This document shows positions 23,879 to 37,327 of a stretch of DNA of 64,000 nucleotides, piece by piece. The translations under genes were made by a program, and so were the position numbers. Where the stretch lies: assembly GCA_010093705.1 (NCBI GenBank), contig MU006089.1:1304455-1368454 (forward strand), read 5' to 3'. How positions within the stretch are numbered: position 1 is the first letter of the stretch; each line of letters begins with the position of its first letter. The notes under the pieces were generated by a model. The model saw nothing but the letters and a program-made list of their open reading frames with translations. It was not told the origin of the DNA and searched no databases. The stretch comes from Patellaria atrata CBS 101060. Lineage: Eukaryota.

Positions 23879-24559
23879 GATTTCACCACTCTGAGGGTAA
23901 GGCGCAGCCGGGCTAGCGTAGTGATTTGCAGTACTGAATTTGTGTCGGTACTGTGAACTGATGTTTTACTGATGGGTTAGGATAAGGTGAGACCTATTGT
24001 AGATAAGGTACAGAGGGGATAAAACCATTACATCCCAGTAAAGTCAAAGGTTCCATTGAATGTAAGCTTTTCAGCTGAGGCTGTTGAAGGTGCGAGAGTA
24101 ATCCACGAAAAACACGGAAGATTCGTGCAATCCCCGCTGACGAAGATGGGAAGTCGGAATCCAGAGATAAAAATATGCTCTAAACACAATCATCTTCTCT
24201 TTTTGTGCTGCAAGCAATTGAAGGGTGTTGTAGGGTGGAAAAGTTTTGGCGTGAGCCGTCAGCCGTGGGAGGGTTGGAGGAGCTAATAATAATCCCAGTT
24301 CTAGTTCTACGGTAGTTCTAGTTATAGTCAGAACCCAACTAACCACGAATGAGATGGGTCTTTGGTCGGTAGATCTTGTTTTATCCTTATTTTTACGACA
24401 CCCCTTCTCCGACACCTATATTTAAACGTATAGAAATATACATTTCATGCTTTCTGCTATCGAGTCCGACACCACTCCCTGAATCATATCAAAAAAGTGC
24501 TGTACAGTACAGTACTGTACAATCCTGAGGTAGGACTAACCTCCTTCACAGGTATTCCT

Positions 24560-25150
24560 GAATATCACGACGAAGTAATACCTGTATCAGCACAGCACGA
24601 GGAAGACCTACCCGATTTCGATCTCGAAGATTCCCTTGTATTCGTGCCCTTCGCTCTCTTTTCGACTATATGATCTAGTAACTATAGTTCCCGTACTCCT
24701 GGCACCGTTACTGCCGGCCTTTCCACTTTCTCAAATTGTACCAGCATTCACTCACTATAGGAATCACATCTTCCTAGATAGCTGTGCGTGTAACCTCCTT
24801 TTGATCGATCTTAACATACCACTTCTCTAATTAGGGACAATTTTATCGAAAGAAGCTCGTGGAGGTATGGTAGTATTGCTGAATGCACGAAGCCAGACCA
24901 GAATCGGAGATGCACAGTGGCTGAGGATGGTAGAGCGGCAACGACCGCGATGAACGGACCGAGTACTAAAACCTAATGTCGGTGTCGCACGGTCTATGAT
25001 GTGAGCGATCGGGAGGAGAATGACAGATCGTTGTCTGGTAAGAGTTGATCTGACCAAGAGCTTATCGCGAAACTCTAGAAACAAATGACAAAAAGGCGTA
25101 TAAGGAAGAGGATACCACACCTACCTACATATCCTCTTATTAAAACTTCA
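24560..25150 (+). pseudogene. Decayed orphan coding sequence
   Basis: After CTAAC...CAG acceptor: GIPEYHDEVIPVSAQHEEDLPDFDLEDSL..., then multiple stops; no family recognised. Confidence 0.3.
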
Positions 25151-26458
25151 TTCGGTGAGTATGATGAAGTGGTATGGTTTTCCACGTAAATTCGCTCCTC
25201 GTCATCTCCTCACAGTATGCCCATTAGTAGTCTACAAGAGGAAACCAGTGGTAAGTCAACATCAGTGCCAACTGCTTGTTAGTTCTTCTCAAAGAAGAGG
25301 TCTGTAGTTAATACTGCTGTTAGACGTCGGAAATATCTTGATTGCACCATTCCGTAGACCTCCCTGCTCATCGTGGTATCCTTCTAAGTTCTCTTTAGTG
25401 TTTTTTCTTGCTCTAAGCTACACTCAAATGCTAAAATTTCTCGACGGCGCTTCACCCTGTTTCCGAATGCACCTTACCTATATAACCTCGTGTTTGTCCC
25501 GTACACATAGGGTAGATCTTCAGATTTCCTAGAGGAGGTTCCTCAATCTCCTTTCTGTTCCTATGAATCAGATAGTCTCAAATCCGTTCTATTCAAGCGC
25601 TATAAGACTTTCAATTAAGAACCTGATGCAGCGGAACCTAGCATCTTCGTAGTATCACTGACGTTCATGCCTCGTGAGTCGTCTATAACCGATACCCCTG
25701 TTCAAGGAGCACGGGAACCTGCCCCGTTTGCTTTAATACCTTCATCAGCCCCAAACGGGCCGCCATTGCTGACCACTCAAGCACCACCAGGTGACCGTGC
25801 GTCATATTCTCGCTTATAATCTCGGTCTGCACTCTGGCTATATCAAAGCTCTCTCTCGCCCTCTTTTCTCCTCTTACTTTCTTCATCAGCCTTCAAAATA
25901 CCATACGTAAGTCTCTCTTCATCCTTGATAGTTCTTGACCATGCATCTCACCCCCCATCCCCCCTCCCTTAGTCTATTATCTATTGTATCATCTATATGT
26001 CCGTGCAATCTAGCGTTTTGAACGGCGCGAAGTAGAGTCCTGAAGAATGTCACCTTGTGGCGTCAAAGTCTTCTCCATTACGTCGATTATTATGCATTTT
26101 CCACGGCACAATTGTGTAGCTAATTGTATTCTTATCTCAAGGTATACCCATTTGGAAACGGCACGCAAAAACAATCTTTTCACTTCGTTTCATAAAAGTC
26201 TCACCTCTCGTAAGTAAATTGTCCCCTCTCTAGTAAAATATACAGTCAAGCACTCCCTTCGTCATTCTCCCCGCTTCTATCACTCGCGACACTCAGTTGT
26301 ATAATCGCTCTTCCTGTACTCTCCTCTCCTACCTCACGTTTATTAGCGTACCAGCCTCCCTGAGTTATTCCTTGTGCTGCACGTTACTTAGTTTATGGCT
26401 GATGTCGCTAATCATATTGAAAGCAGCCCCTACAAACAAATATTTTTTTCCGATAAGA

Positions 26459-27376
26459 ATGAAGTGCGGTCAACCTTACATTGAGGTTCAAATCATCCAA
26501 CCCGGGACAGATCTTTTATTACCAGAATACAGCCGAACTGAGCGTAGGGGGCCTTCTAGCCAACAATTATCGTGTTATTTAGAGGCGATACCTGCAGTAA
26601 AATTCAGGATACGGGTTATTATCGACCCTCTACGAATATGGGGCGCCTCCGATACTTTATCCCTGCGCCTGCGAATAGATAATCAAGTAGCCACAGACGA
26701 CCGTTTCATGTATCAGCGTAAGATTCTAGCCGGGCAAGCAGCCTCCCGGGTGACCTGGGAAAGAGTTACCATACTGGTCGGCGGAGAATGGAAAGACGTA
26801 GAGCTGGAGTGGGGAATGGTGGGTGGTACGTTCTTTTTCCTTATTATCTGTTTACCTCTTTCCGGTGATAGAAACTAATAGCCAATAGGCGCCACTGTAC
26901 CGTCTTCCTCGACGTCAACTGCTGCACTGCCAATTGGGATGCATACGGGCCGGATAACAGTGGACGTCTACCAGGGTTATTTCTTAACTGGGTCGGCTAC
27001 TCCCAATGATATGGTCTTGCCAGCACTGATCACACCCGGGGCGCCCTGCGGACAGTTGCTACGTGTACGGCCGGTGATGTCCACGATGCGCTCAACTACA
27101 AAGCCAGATCCGGGTCAGGACTTTCGTATGCGAGGAGACAAATACCAGTTCACCTTCCACTATGGCTCCGCAGCCACACTCGCTGCTCTAGGCGTTGTGG
27201 TCCAGAGGCCCCTTCCAGGGGATCTGGGCCAAACGTTGCAGACAGCGACGGAGCTGTTTGGCAGTGGGGAGGTCGAAGAGAGGGAAAAAGAGGAGGAAGG
27301 CGACGAGGAAGACGAAGAAGATGATTATGACGAGGAAGGTGAAGAGATGGAGGTGGTGGACTCTATATGGGACTAG
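26459..27376 (+). CDS. Hypothetical fungal protein (DUF7918-like), acidic C-terminal tail, one intron
   Basis: IEVQII...LPEY...CYLEAIPAVKFRIRV...GRITVDVY...FTFHYGSAATLAALGVV pattern; intron GTACGT 26826..26888 with CTAAT branch. Confidence 0.65.
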
Positions 27377-27967
27377 ATCCCAGTGGGGCCCCACAAGATT
27401 GTATAGGCGCCCGGCGCGAAGAGGTGCTTTCAGACTTTCCTCCGCTTTCCGGGTCCTTGGATTCTGCTTTCCTAGCGGTATTGTTTATTTTGCGGTATTG
27501 TGAGGTCTTTTCCTGTCGCCCTATGGGGTAGTCTTTTCGTTATGGTCGTTGGTGTTGATCTTTCTCTTTACGCATTCGTGGTAATCTTTTGTTCCTGGCT
27601 TTGCTAAGAAGTCTATGGTTCACCACTATCTGGGGGAGTCTGGAGATTAGTCTACTCTCCTCAGAATTCGATGTACTCTTTTTCCTCGAATATGTCTATT
27701 GATGATACATCTGGTCCCAACCGTCGTGAACTATGCAATTTGAATACTTGATATACCTATAATGCAATGTATCTCGCTTATTATATAGCTCACTTGGTTG
27801 ATTCCTCGCAGAAGATGTAGTAAATTATCATTTTATACAGAAATTCCGTTATATCTTACAAAGCATATTTCTCTAATAGTATCCTAAGAGTTATTCTATT
27901 ATTAGGTAACATTAAATCGAACTATCTGATCCTAAATCACTAACCGTATCTGGCTATCTGATAGTTC

Positions 27968-29372
27968 TTACATCTGTATAAGAGCCCAATTCGCCCTCTG
28001 ATCGTTTATGCCACTCATGTTCTGGTTCAGAATGCGTTGAACCTCGATAACTACTGATGCCGCGTAGAGCTGGACATATGGTCTGAATCTGTCCACCTGG
28101 AGATCAACTCCACTGTACCGGAACTGTATATCTTCCCACTCCAGTCGTCTCGTCCAACGTGCAACATCCTCCCTAATAACACTCCAAACGTACTCCCCGA
28201 GCAAATTGTATAGTTGCCACGCATTTACTGCCGTCCTACTGATGTATATCAATTGCAGCTTCCTTGCTATTGCGTACAAAAGACTTGTGCTGGCAATAGC
28301 CTGCACGGTTTTTTTTTTATCCATTGTATTGCATTATCTACAATACTGCGCATGCAGCCTCTTGGGCTATGGCGCTACTCTTCTATCTACATAAATCCCT
28401 ATTCTAGGGCAATAATATGTCTAGTGAGAGTGTCTGAGGATTGAAGCTCCCCAGTTGTTCAAACTTTGCAGTCTAATCCAAGCATTAGAAAAACTGAACC
28501 AACTCCACTATATCCTTTGCTCTTCAATTCACCCTGCATGGTGGATGCTTGTTAGGTACTTCTAAGCCAGAACCAGTTCACTTCTTCATCTTCAAGTAGG
28601 ATTCCCTCTGCTGAGAGCAAGGGGAGACCCCCAAATTGAAAGCTCTCAGGGATAATCATGTTAGCTGGATATCTGATGCTCCAACATGGGAGTACTATTG
28701 GGTCCCAGTTGAACCAACATTCCTCAACATCTCCACGGACCATGATGGGCATCTGGAAACGGTGAATATGTTCGAAAGGAATTCCTATTTTATGTCGAAT
28801 GACCGCAATGATGTACGAGAACGCGAAGAGCTCAACCCGTTGTAGTCTTAGGTGGTAGTAGTGCATTCCCGCGATTTCTGGTTCTTGTAAAGGTGGGACG
28901 ATATCAGGGTGAAAGTTAGAATAATCCATGTGGTTGAAGGGAATGTTGGGTAGCCGCATGTACATGGGATCAGAATCTAGGCTCCATTCAAGTATTCCCG
29001 AAACATGTCTGCGATAATTGCTTAATCTCCTAGGTGCTATTCTCCTCCTGATACCTGCTTGCAGTAAGATATCGACCTCATCTAAATCATCTTCTTCGTC
29101 GGAGGAGCACGACAACGAGGGCAAGAATTTGCCGCTCCTCTATCGCTAGATATAGGTGGATCTAGCCACTGCTTGATATAATCTAGGTCGAAAATGTGTT
29201 TTTTAGGGCACGCAAGAACTATCGGTTGCTCGTCTCCATCTTCAAATAAGGTGTGGCGGATGTAGCATGTGGGCTCGAAATCGGAGATAGACGAACGCTG
29301 AATTTCTGCGAAGTTTGAGGGATCCGAAAGAAATTCCTGCTGGTTAGGGAGAGAAACCTGAGGGAGGGCCAT
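27968..29372 (-). pseudogene. RING-finger pseudogene split by a frameshift, a TAA and a LINE-like insertion
   Basis: Degenerate RING (CYIR...CPKKHIFDLDYIKQWL...CPRCR); frameshift ~29105; TAA 28554-28552; removing the 28310..28532 insertion plus one TSD rejoins the frame to ORF 27968. Confidence 0.75.
28310..28532 (-). mobile_element. 5'-truncated non-LTR retrotransposon (LINE-like) 3' end; copy A
   Basis: Poly(A) tail on the minus strand; ~10-bp TSD CCTGCA[C/T]GGT (28300-28309, 28533-28542); homologous to 51097..51275. Confidence 0.8.
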
Positions 29373-30299
29373 TGATGGGAGGTGAGAGTTGGAGAGAATG
29401 CTCTTATTGATGATGGTGGTTGAGGGTTTCGGTAAATATAGTTTGCACTATTTCAGTATGATGTATGATTCTTTCTGACGCAAGTTGGGGTTGTGCATTA
29501 GAGGTAATAGTGAGATATTAAGCGATAGTTGCAAACTTTGAGAAGATCTTTTGATTGACCGTCCTTTATCGTCTGCAAATTGATCAATAGTTGTTTTGTG
29601 AAAAAAAAGATTGAACCTCGCAGGGACAGCTCTGTTTTATACCTAAGAGAACGTAGCATTGTACCACAGCACTTTCCAAGAAAATGAAAAACGTTGCTCT
29701 CAAAGATTGAACTGTTGAAAGAAAGTATACATTATGGTGAGTGGACATCGATATTCGATTTTGAATTGTACAACCTACTGATGGAGTCGTTACTGTGGCA
29801 ATATATACTGCATGTTTATCAAAACAGCCTAGAAGCTTCAATGTTTCTCCTCCAAATCTAGCAAACTACTAAAACACTACTTAGACAGTAACGCTCTTCC
29901 TCACTAGTTCCAGTTCACCTACATATATTTACTGCTCTGCCACAACATCTCCCACTCAGTGTACCTCTACATTGAAACTTCAAATGCTTTTAACTGTACA
30001 GCGATCTTGCCAACGGAGATAAGTATGAAGAACAGTTTCCAGTTCTTTCTAGGGATTGATCGTAATACCGGAATGAATCACTCCACTGGAAATGGTACAC
30101 CCTTTTAGAGATATCGAGACTGTGGTCAAAAGTTGGACTGGATACTGTATACTGACGTCCACAAGACCTCTGCCATACCACCTTTGAACCCAACTATTTT
30201 TCCTGCTACCTTCCCTACCACATTATCGATGAAGAGGGAGCAAACTCCTAAGGCAATGGGAATGGTAGGCAGCCAAAAAGGTTGACTCCGAATGTGGTA

Positions 30300-30800
30300 C
30301 GTAATTCACAGTGTTTTGATATAAAGCGATCGACATAGGGTGGCTCGTTTGCGGCGAGGATTCGAGGAACCGTCTTTAATATCTTCCGTTCAGAAAAACC
30401 AACTATTTCCTGCTCTGTACCTAATCAAAATCTTTACCAATAGAAATGATCTGTCAGTTCAGGATCTCCTCGTTCTCCTCACCGCGGTCCTTGTTCTACC
30501 TCTTGGATATGTAGATCCCTTTCTCATCCTTCGGTCACCACCAAATACCACTTCGTCGACATCGAAAGGCATCTTCTCAATCAACTATTTCAATCACCAA
30601 TACTACCACGGCGGAATCCTCTATACTTTTTCCATGCCAAAGTGTCCGAGCAGCTCTCTCACGTTTCTCGTTGCGCTCTCAATTGTCCGCCAGGAGTACC
30701 AGGCACTCATTCAGTAGTTCTTTGTTTGCAATCTCCAGCACTCTGATATGGGAACCGGGAAACATGTGCATAAACTCGATGATGATTGTCCGCTCGCGCT
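30300..30800 (-). pseudogene. Decayed orphan coding sequence
   Basis: SAWYSWRTIESATRNVRELLGHFGMEKV*RIPPW*YW*LK*LIEKMPFDVDEVVFGG: protein-like text with scattered stops. Confidence 0.3.
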
Positions 30801-32383
30801 ATCGGGCAACGTGGAGCAACAAATTAGTAAGAAGATATAATTTGTATCTTCAATACTAAGAACAAGTATGTGGGAGGGGAGATCTAAATTGGTATGATCA
30901 AGCCGCTGGACTGGGGTGAGAGTTAATCGTTGAGGGAGATTTCATAACTCACACATTAATTACTACCACCGTACAGAAAACGAAAGAGAGGATGGCGGGA
31001 AAAGCTTTCGGAATTACAAATTAGAAAAGGAAGGACTTCGTAAAGTGTAAAAGGAATGACAACGAATGGATGTGACCATTACGGGTAGGAGCAGTAGTGA
31101 TCAATTCAGCACCTGAAGTCCTGAATACCACACAATTCTTTTAGGGCATGTCATTTGGTTAGTCCCCAGGACGATGAAAAGGATGTGGCGAAATCTACAC
31201 TTTATTGTTCCCGGTAAATGTTCCTGAGACGCTTGACATATGTAGTGGTAAGAGTTGTGGCGATCCAGAACATTGGATCTGCCATACGATCTGTGGTTGC
31301 ACTGGTTGGTGAGTAGGGAAGTTCAGAGTTGTGATGGACTTCGTTTATAAATCAGGGGTAAATTGGCTAGTATAGAATCCAGTAAGGCTTGGTAAGATTC
31401 GGCAAGGCTAGGTAGAACTAAAACTAGAACTAGTTATAACGGAAAGGTCCCGTCGGGAACCACATCCCGCGCTTTCCGTGATGAAATAATTAGCGGGACA
31501 GGCCTTCTTTTGACGACATGAGGAACGATGAGATACTGTAGCAATACTTTCCACTATGGAATTAAAGGTGAAGGATAATTTGTGATATCTCCACCGGCAT
31601 CTTATGGAAGAACGATTTACGGGCTGGATAATCGTTTGCTTTGCGGTTGTATACAACTGTCGCATTTTGTGATGGTCTCTTTGAAATAACAGTTCCGAAT
31701 ATCCTCTCCCGTATCAGGATTCATCCGTGATATCTGGAATTCAAAGGGGGATACACCCTTCGAAAGTTTGACTACATTGTACAGTATAAATAGAACGAAT
31801 AGCGAGCGAAAACTGCCTTAGTTCCCGAAAAAGAAAAATGAGCGTCTGACAATGTAATATTGCACAATGTTGTCGATTACATGCCCAGGTTCCAACGTAA
31901 ATGTACAAGATATGATATAATCAAGGTTGTTTTACTGGTCCACGTAAGGCGTACGTTGAGTTGGTGGCAGTTTATTGGCGATTCTCACTCCCAGTTCTGA
32001 TCTGTTCATGAAGGTAAAAACTGTCACAACCTTGGACGTAGTAGGGCACTTGATCCGCACCCTGTCCTTCCGTAACTTCTCAACTAGCCGAGAGTCCCTA
32101 TCAGATATTCACACCCTCCATATTGTTCGAAATTCCTTTCGCTACTAGTCCACCCACTCTCCTGCTTCGGATTTATTACGGCTCTCTATTCGGCCAAAAA
32201 GAATACGACCTCTTTACACGGCAATTTTCTTCCCTGATCAAATTTTAGGTGATACATCACATTGTGGATAGTAAATAATATTCCTAAGGTAAGCCTAGTG
32301 GTGATCTACGGATTGGTATACTTGGAACATCCATCGCTGATGCAATATACAGTTACAGACCCTTCTGACCAACAGTACTCGAC

Positions 32384-33130
32384 ATGGCAAAGGAGAGAAA
32401 GTGGAAATCAGCGCCCAAGTCGAAAGAACCAGCACCTTAAACTCAGGCTGAACCATTCTCATATTTCTTCGGTTCTGAGCCGATCTCAAATCATATTAGT
32501 TTCATGGTCCCCTCACCCACAAGCAGAGAGTTAGAGATAGGGTGCAAATCTACAACAAAAGTTGAGTTCTCAGACCTAAGGCCAGATAGAGAGAGTGTTG
32601 TGAGTCTTTCAGAGGTCGATATGCTTCTATTTCGGCTCAGACTGGCTAAACAGAAAATACAAAGTTTAGAGAGAGAGCTGCAGTGTGAGAAGGAACTGGT
32701 TTTTGTCAAGAATGCTGAGATAGAGGGTCTCCAGACACAACTTCGAGAGCAAGGTAATGTATTGATAGTGGCTCTAGAGGTGAGCGAGACGTCACAAGCT
32801 GCTTCTAGTCAGCTACACGGATTGGTGCCCTTCCATATCAACATACGTCTCGGAAATGAGGAGATTGACGAGCCTTCAGATGAGTCAAAGTACTTCATTC
32901 CAGAAATGGAGGAGCACGATGGCATGGACCAGGAGATGCTGGAAGCAGAAACCGGAGAGACGCTAGATAGACCATATCAGGAGATGCTCGAAGAATCAGA
33001 CGGGGATGGAGGCGAACAAGAGGCAACCGCAGACCATATCACGGACACTTTGAATTCCTATTGCGCTAATATCGAGGAGCATAGACGATATATCATAGAG
33101 GCAAAGGCGATGCAAGAAGCTGGTCTATAG
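32384..33130 (+). CDS. Coiled-coil, acidic hypothetical protein; in-frame TAA at 32438 in the putative N-terminus
   Basis: ORF 32504..33130 intact; ATG 32384 is in the same frame (MAKERKWKSAPKSKEPAP*TQAEPFSYFF...). Confidence 0.55.
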
Positions 33131-33622
33131 TATTGAAATCCTTTTGTAATCTCTGGTCTCTAGGATGATTACGATGGAGAAATCTGTTGGCCAGTGACCA
33201 TATTCACATATGATATTCACCTCAACATTTTGTCGAAGTGAAACTCCGTAGACCACAAGAGTATGTATAAATACACAGATAGAGACTTAATTGCATTGTG
33301 TTCTACCTATATATTCCACTAGAATGTAGAAAGACCTCTTCACGTCACGGGAACTGAAGTCTTAATAAGCGAACTTGGACCACTTGATCACGTATAGTCT
33401 CTGAAGCCATATTCAAAATAGGGTCTTATCTCGCTACTTCAATCTTCTTCCGCGTTCGCTCCAACTCTGCGTTCCACATTCCTCCTCCGAAACTTTACCA
33501 TCACACAAAGCGCATGGTTATCATTGTAACGAACCGAAACGTACATTTACTCTTTCATATCTACAATAATCGACTGTTTCCATTATCACAAGATTCATCT
33601 TACCCCACAAACACAGCTCAAA

Positions 33623-35009
33623 ATGTCATCTCTTGTTAAAGAAACCTTTCTGCCTCTTGTTCCACAACAACATGGCGGCCCAGCTCTAGGACACACGTAT
33701 TCCTGGTCATACGGAGTAGTTGTTCCTGCGTACAATCCTATAACCCTCAGCTTGCCCGCCCTCATGGATACGGGTTACCCGCCTTCTACAAGGACCCATG
33801 CTGTACCTCAGAACAAAGTAATGAGGGTTACAATGCGGGTATGCAGAACGAGCAGAAGGATGTCAATAAAGCCGCACAGAACCAGATTAAATACACATAT
33901 CGTCAAGTACTTGATTGCAATCAGGATCTTAACGATTGCGTATCACGCCTCAATTCTCTTTCCCCAAGACTACAAGACGTACATCACCTCGAACATGTCA
34001 CCAACATTATGAAAGCATCTGTGGAAGCACTTGTCGGAGCTGTCAGAGACCAGCATTCATATTTTGATCCTAGAGTCTTAGTCTCTCCTGGTGGCCATGT
34101 TCCGTGCGTATCTCCTGTACATGATACCAGCTCTTTACGCAGCGGATACCCCTTCAATAGCGACATACAAGTTCAATGTGGAACACCAGCCCGGCCAGCA
34201 GCGGTGTCGACAAGCTCCACGACGAGCGACACCACGCATCTTGCGCAACGAAGATCTGGTAGCGCTCCACCAAGGGACAGCATCAATGACGAACAATTGG
34301 ACATTGATATCCCCACCACTCCAACGCCGACCACTAGGGTATCAGAATTTGAGGTCAAGGAGAACACCGACGAGAGCCACGATACCACGGACAACAGCAT
34401 CATGACTCCAGAAAGCGCGGTTCTCGATTCGCCACCTATCGAGCAAATAGTGAATGAAATACAGGCTATCGACATCGCAGAAGAACAGGAAGGATCTCTG
34501 TTTATCCCTGAAAGTCGTCGTTCGGAGTCTATGGATATGTTGTACAATAGCGAGAGCCCTGTAGGTCGGGCTTCAGGGGAAGATAACGGTAATATCTATC
34601 ATCATACATATCACCCAGGTAACGCTAAATAAATCTAGTTCTTATCCCAATTTTCCAACCGGAGCTAGATAGTTTAACATTGAGAGTATCCTCGCTACTA
34701 AATACCCGTCCCGAACATGACCCGAATATAGAAGTTGTTCCCACGGGATGTCTCAATACAATTGCAAATATCAATAGGAATCGAGCGGTCAAGGAAGCTG
34801 AGGCGGAACAGAAAGCTATCAAGTTTCAGCAGGACCGACAAAAGTGCCAGGAAGTGCTGGCAGAACTTGACACTTTGATGGAGAAAGAAAAAAGGAAAGA
34901 AAAGAAGGCCAGGAAGAACAAAAAGACGAGGGAACAGCAAAAGAGGAACAAGAAGTTCGAAAAGGAGATGTTATATGCAGAAGAAGAGAGCGATACTACC
35001 ACAGAGTGA
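33623..35009 (+). CDS. Hypothetical protein in three ORF segments (introns or frameshifts unresolved), basic coiled-coil C-terminus
   Basis: CAAAATG at 33623; ORFs 33623, 33841..34632 and 34680..35009 are collinear; possible intron from CAG|GTAACG ~34619. Confidence 0.5.
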
Positions 35010-35246
35010 ACATGACCATTTAATCCAGCTATATTCCAGAAGAAGACATCGGATGCTTGGTATGATAGGCCTATGACGTTTCCGAACCAGAAACTAAACA
35101 AAGTATGGTGAAGTCAATGATGATTGCTCTTGAGTGGCATGGGTGAGAGGATATGTGTATAAAATAGGATGAATGAGACCGAATTATGTAAGCGACATAA
35201 CATGGATCATGGAATAGAACTACTGGCTGAATTAATGTGCATACAA

Positions 35247-36304
35247 TCACGGTTTTCTGCCCATACACAATAGAAATGGAAACGATCTTTCCTCCGCTCT
35301 CTCCTCTTCTACTTCCACCTCTTTCCTCAGTTCGAAACACACGTCTACTTCTACATTCGTAAATCCAACTTCCACAAGCAATTGTGTCATCTCGTTCCTC
35401 TTGATCCCATGTCGCTCAACTCCTTCTCTTTTAGTAGAAGGATGAAAGAGGACAGCTTCAGGTCCGGTATCTTCAAAATCAGTAAGCGCAACGCATCCAC
35501 CGGGCCTTAAAATATCGAACATCACTGTAAAGATGTTGCGCAGATCAGGGATATGGTGCAAGACCAGATGGGAGATTACAACGTCAAATTTGTATAGGCC
35601 GTCACTTGAACTTCCCCTCGAAAGGTTTCGTGCCGCATCTTGTACCTTGGCATCGTCTGCAGACTCCAAATATGTGCATACAGCAGCGAGTTTGGAGCTG
35701 CGGGATTTGTCAATCGACAATTTAGCTTCGAAAGCCGCGATCATGCCAGCCGAGACATCGACACCAAGAAGGGTGGCAATGTGAGGGAGAAGTAGGTATG
35801 AAAGGAGACCAGTGCCGCAGCCTATCTCGAGAAGATGGGGCTTGGGATCTATCGGGTAGAGAGTTAGCTTGAGTGTTCCTCACTAAATATACTCAATTGG
35901 ATGTCCATCGGGCTCAAGGTATGTTATAGGGGTAGCAGTATTAAAGCTAAGGATCGTTCAGAGAACTGGCGATGAGGAAGGCGTGCTCAAGTAAATCCGC
36001 ACGAACCGAGTGATGGTAGACAGACAGATGGATAGAATGCGTCAAGAGGTAAATGGCAAAGGTGGTTTTAAATAGATCATCTCGATACCTACCTTGGAGG
36101 TATTATGACGTTGAACTTCCCAAGAATGAAGAATGGTAGAAACTTACCTTGCTTGCCCCTGAGTTCTGGTACCTTTCGTGTCAAAGCTTGATACGCTAGC
36201 TCCGAGCTCAACACTGTAGTAGGATTACTGTCCCACGCGGCAGCCTCATTATCGAAGCGCTCACGCGCTGAATCAGCTGTGGATTTCTCATCAACAGAAC
36301 TCAT
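35247..36304 (-). CDS. Class I SAM-dependent methyltransferase (one ~300-bp intron)
   Basis: RFDNEAAAWD; LLEIGCGTGLLS motif I; GVDVSAGMI; FDVVISHLVLHHIPD; LRPGGCVALTDF; intron GTAAGT ~36147..35852 with CTAAC. Confidence 0.92.
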
Positions 36305-37087
36305 TACGTCAGAGGTGATCAACATGGTGACAACTGTCAACTGTGATGCTAGCTTTAACTATAGAAGAGAAAGAAGACGTTGTGATCTTGAGCCGACTGG
36401 TTGGAATGATAGTTATCGACCAAAAGTTGTATATAGTAAGGTAATATGTTATATACCCTCGAGGAAGTTGGGCCAGTCTATCATAAAATTGATGCTAACC
36501 TTAAGTGCGTAAGGTCAGGTCTGATCGCGAAAAGCAGAACGCAGAAAGGAGTTGAGTTATAATTGTTACGCCTGATCGCTCCACCTCCGTAGCACTTCAT
36601 AAGATTCTCAGAGAGAAAGGACTTGTACATCGAAGGGTGTAGGTACACCAAAAGGATGAGATGTCGTCGGGTGTTCGGATAGTTGTCGGAAGCGCTAGAT
36701 AGGGCCGAGCGCAAAGGTGGTTAAAATGTAGAATAAGGTAACCTAGAAATACCACTTGTGCAAATAGCGTAACGAGGACGTATCGATTGATATATATGGT
36801 CAATGGGCTCTTAGCTTGATATGGTGTGGAAACGATAGAACTATGATCGATCTTTGAAAACGTCACCGGATGAAGTTGGTAATAATCTAGATACAATTTC
36901 GGTCAAAGTAGGAAGATTGTCGCAAAATGCCAAGATCAAATTCCCATCTATCTATTAATATCAAATACAATGGACTCCATAATGCTCCAAATTCCAGCCC
37001 CACATGCTACTGGTATCCCGCCGAAATGCATAAATTAGATACCGGTCACTTTAAGCGGACAACACAAACTCCACTCGCTGAACTTCC

Positions 37088-37327
37088 TCATTTCAACTCC
37101 TTCCTGGACTCCCTCTGGAGCGTCTGGGGCGCATAATAAGCTTGATATGCGTAGTTTACACTCTCATGGTGTTCCTTAGCCTTCCGTGTGATCCATTTAA
37201 GTGCTTTCTTGGTCTTAGAATCTTTCTTCTCGATAACAGGAAGGGTGAGATAGGAGCCCTCGGCAGAGGAGATGCTGATATCCATAGAAGGCTTGAAGAG
37301 CGACGGGGTTGATAGAGTTGAAGTCAT
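37088..37327 (-). CDS. Small conserved-looking fungal protein (79 aa)
   Basis: CAAAATG start; contains KAKEHHESVNYAYQAYY, a motif I recall from small uncharacterised ascomycete proteins. Confidence 0.65.
   Translation of the reverse strand: MTSTLSTPSLFKPSMDISISSAEGSYLTLPVIEKKDSKTKKALKWITRKAKEHHESVNYAYQAYYAPQTLQRESRKELK

Noticed and set aside
35247..36304. Methyltransferase as the MysB partner of the ATP-grasp gene
   Set aside because: 27 kb away, and a generic class I type, not the catechol-O-methyltransferase-like MysB.
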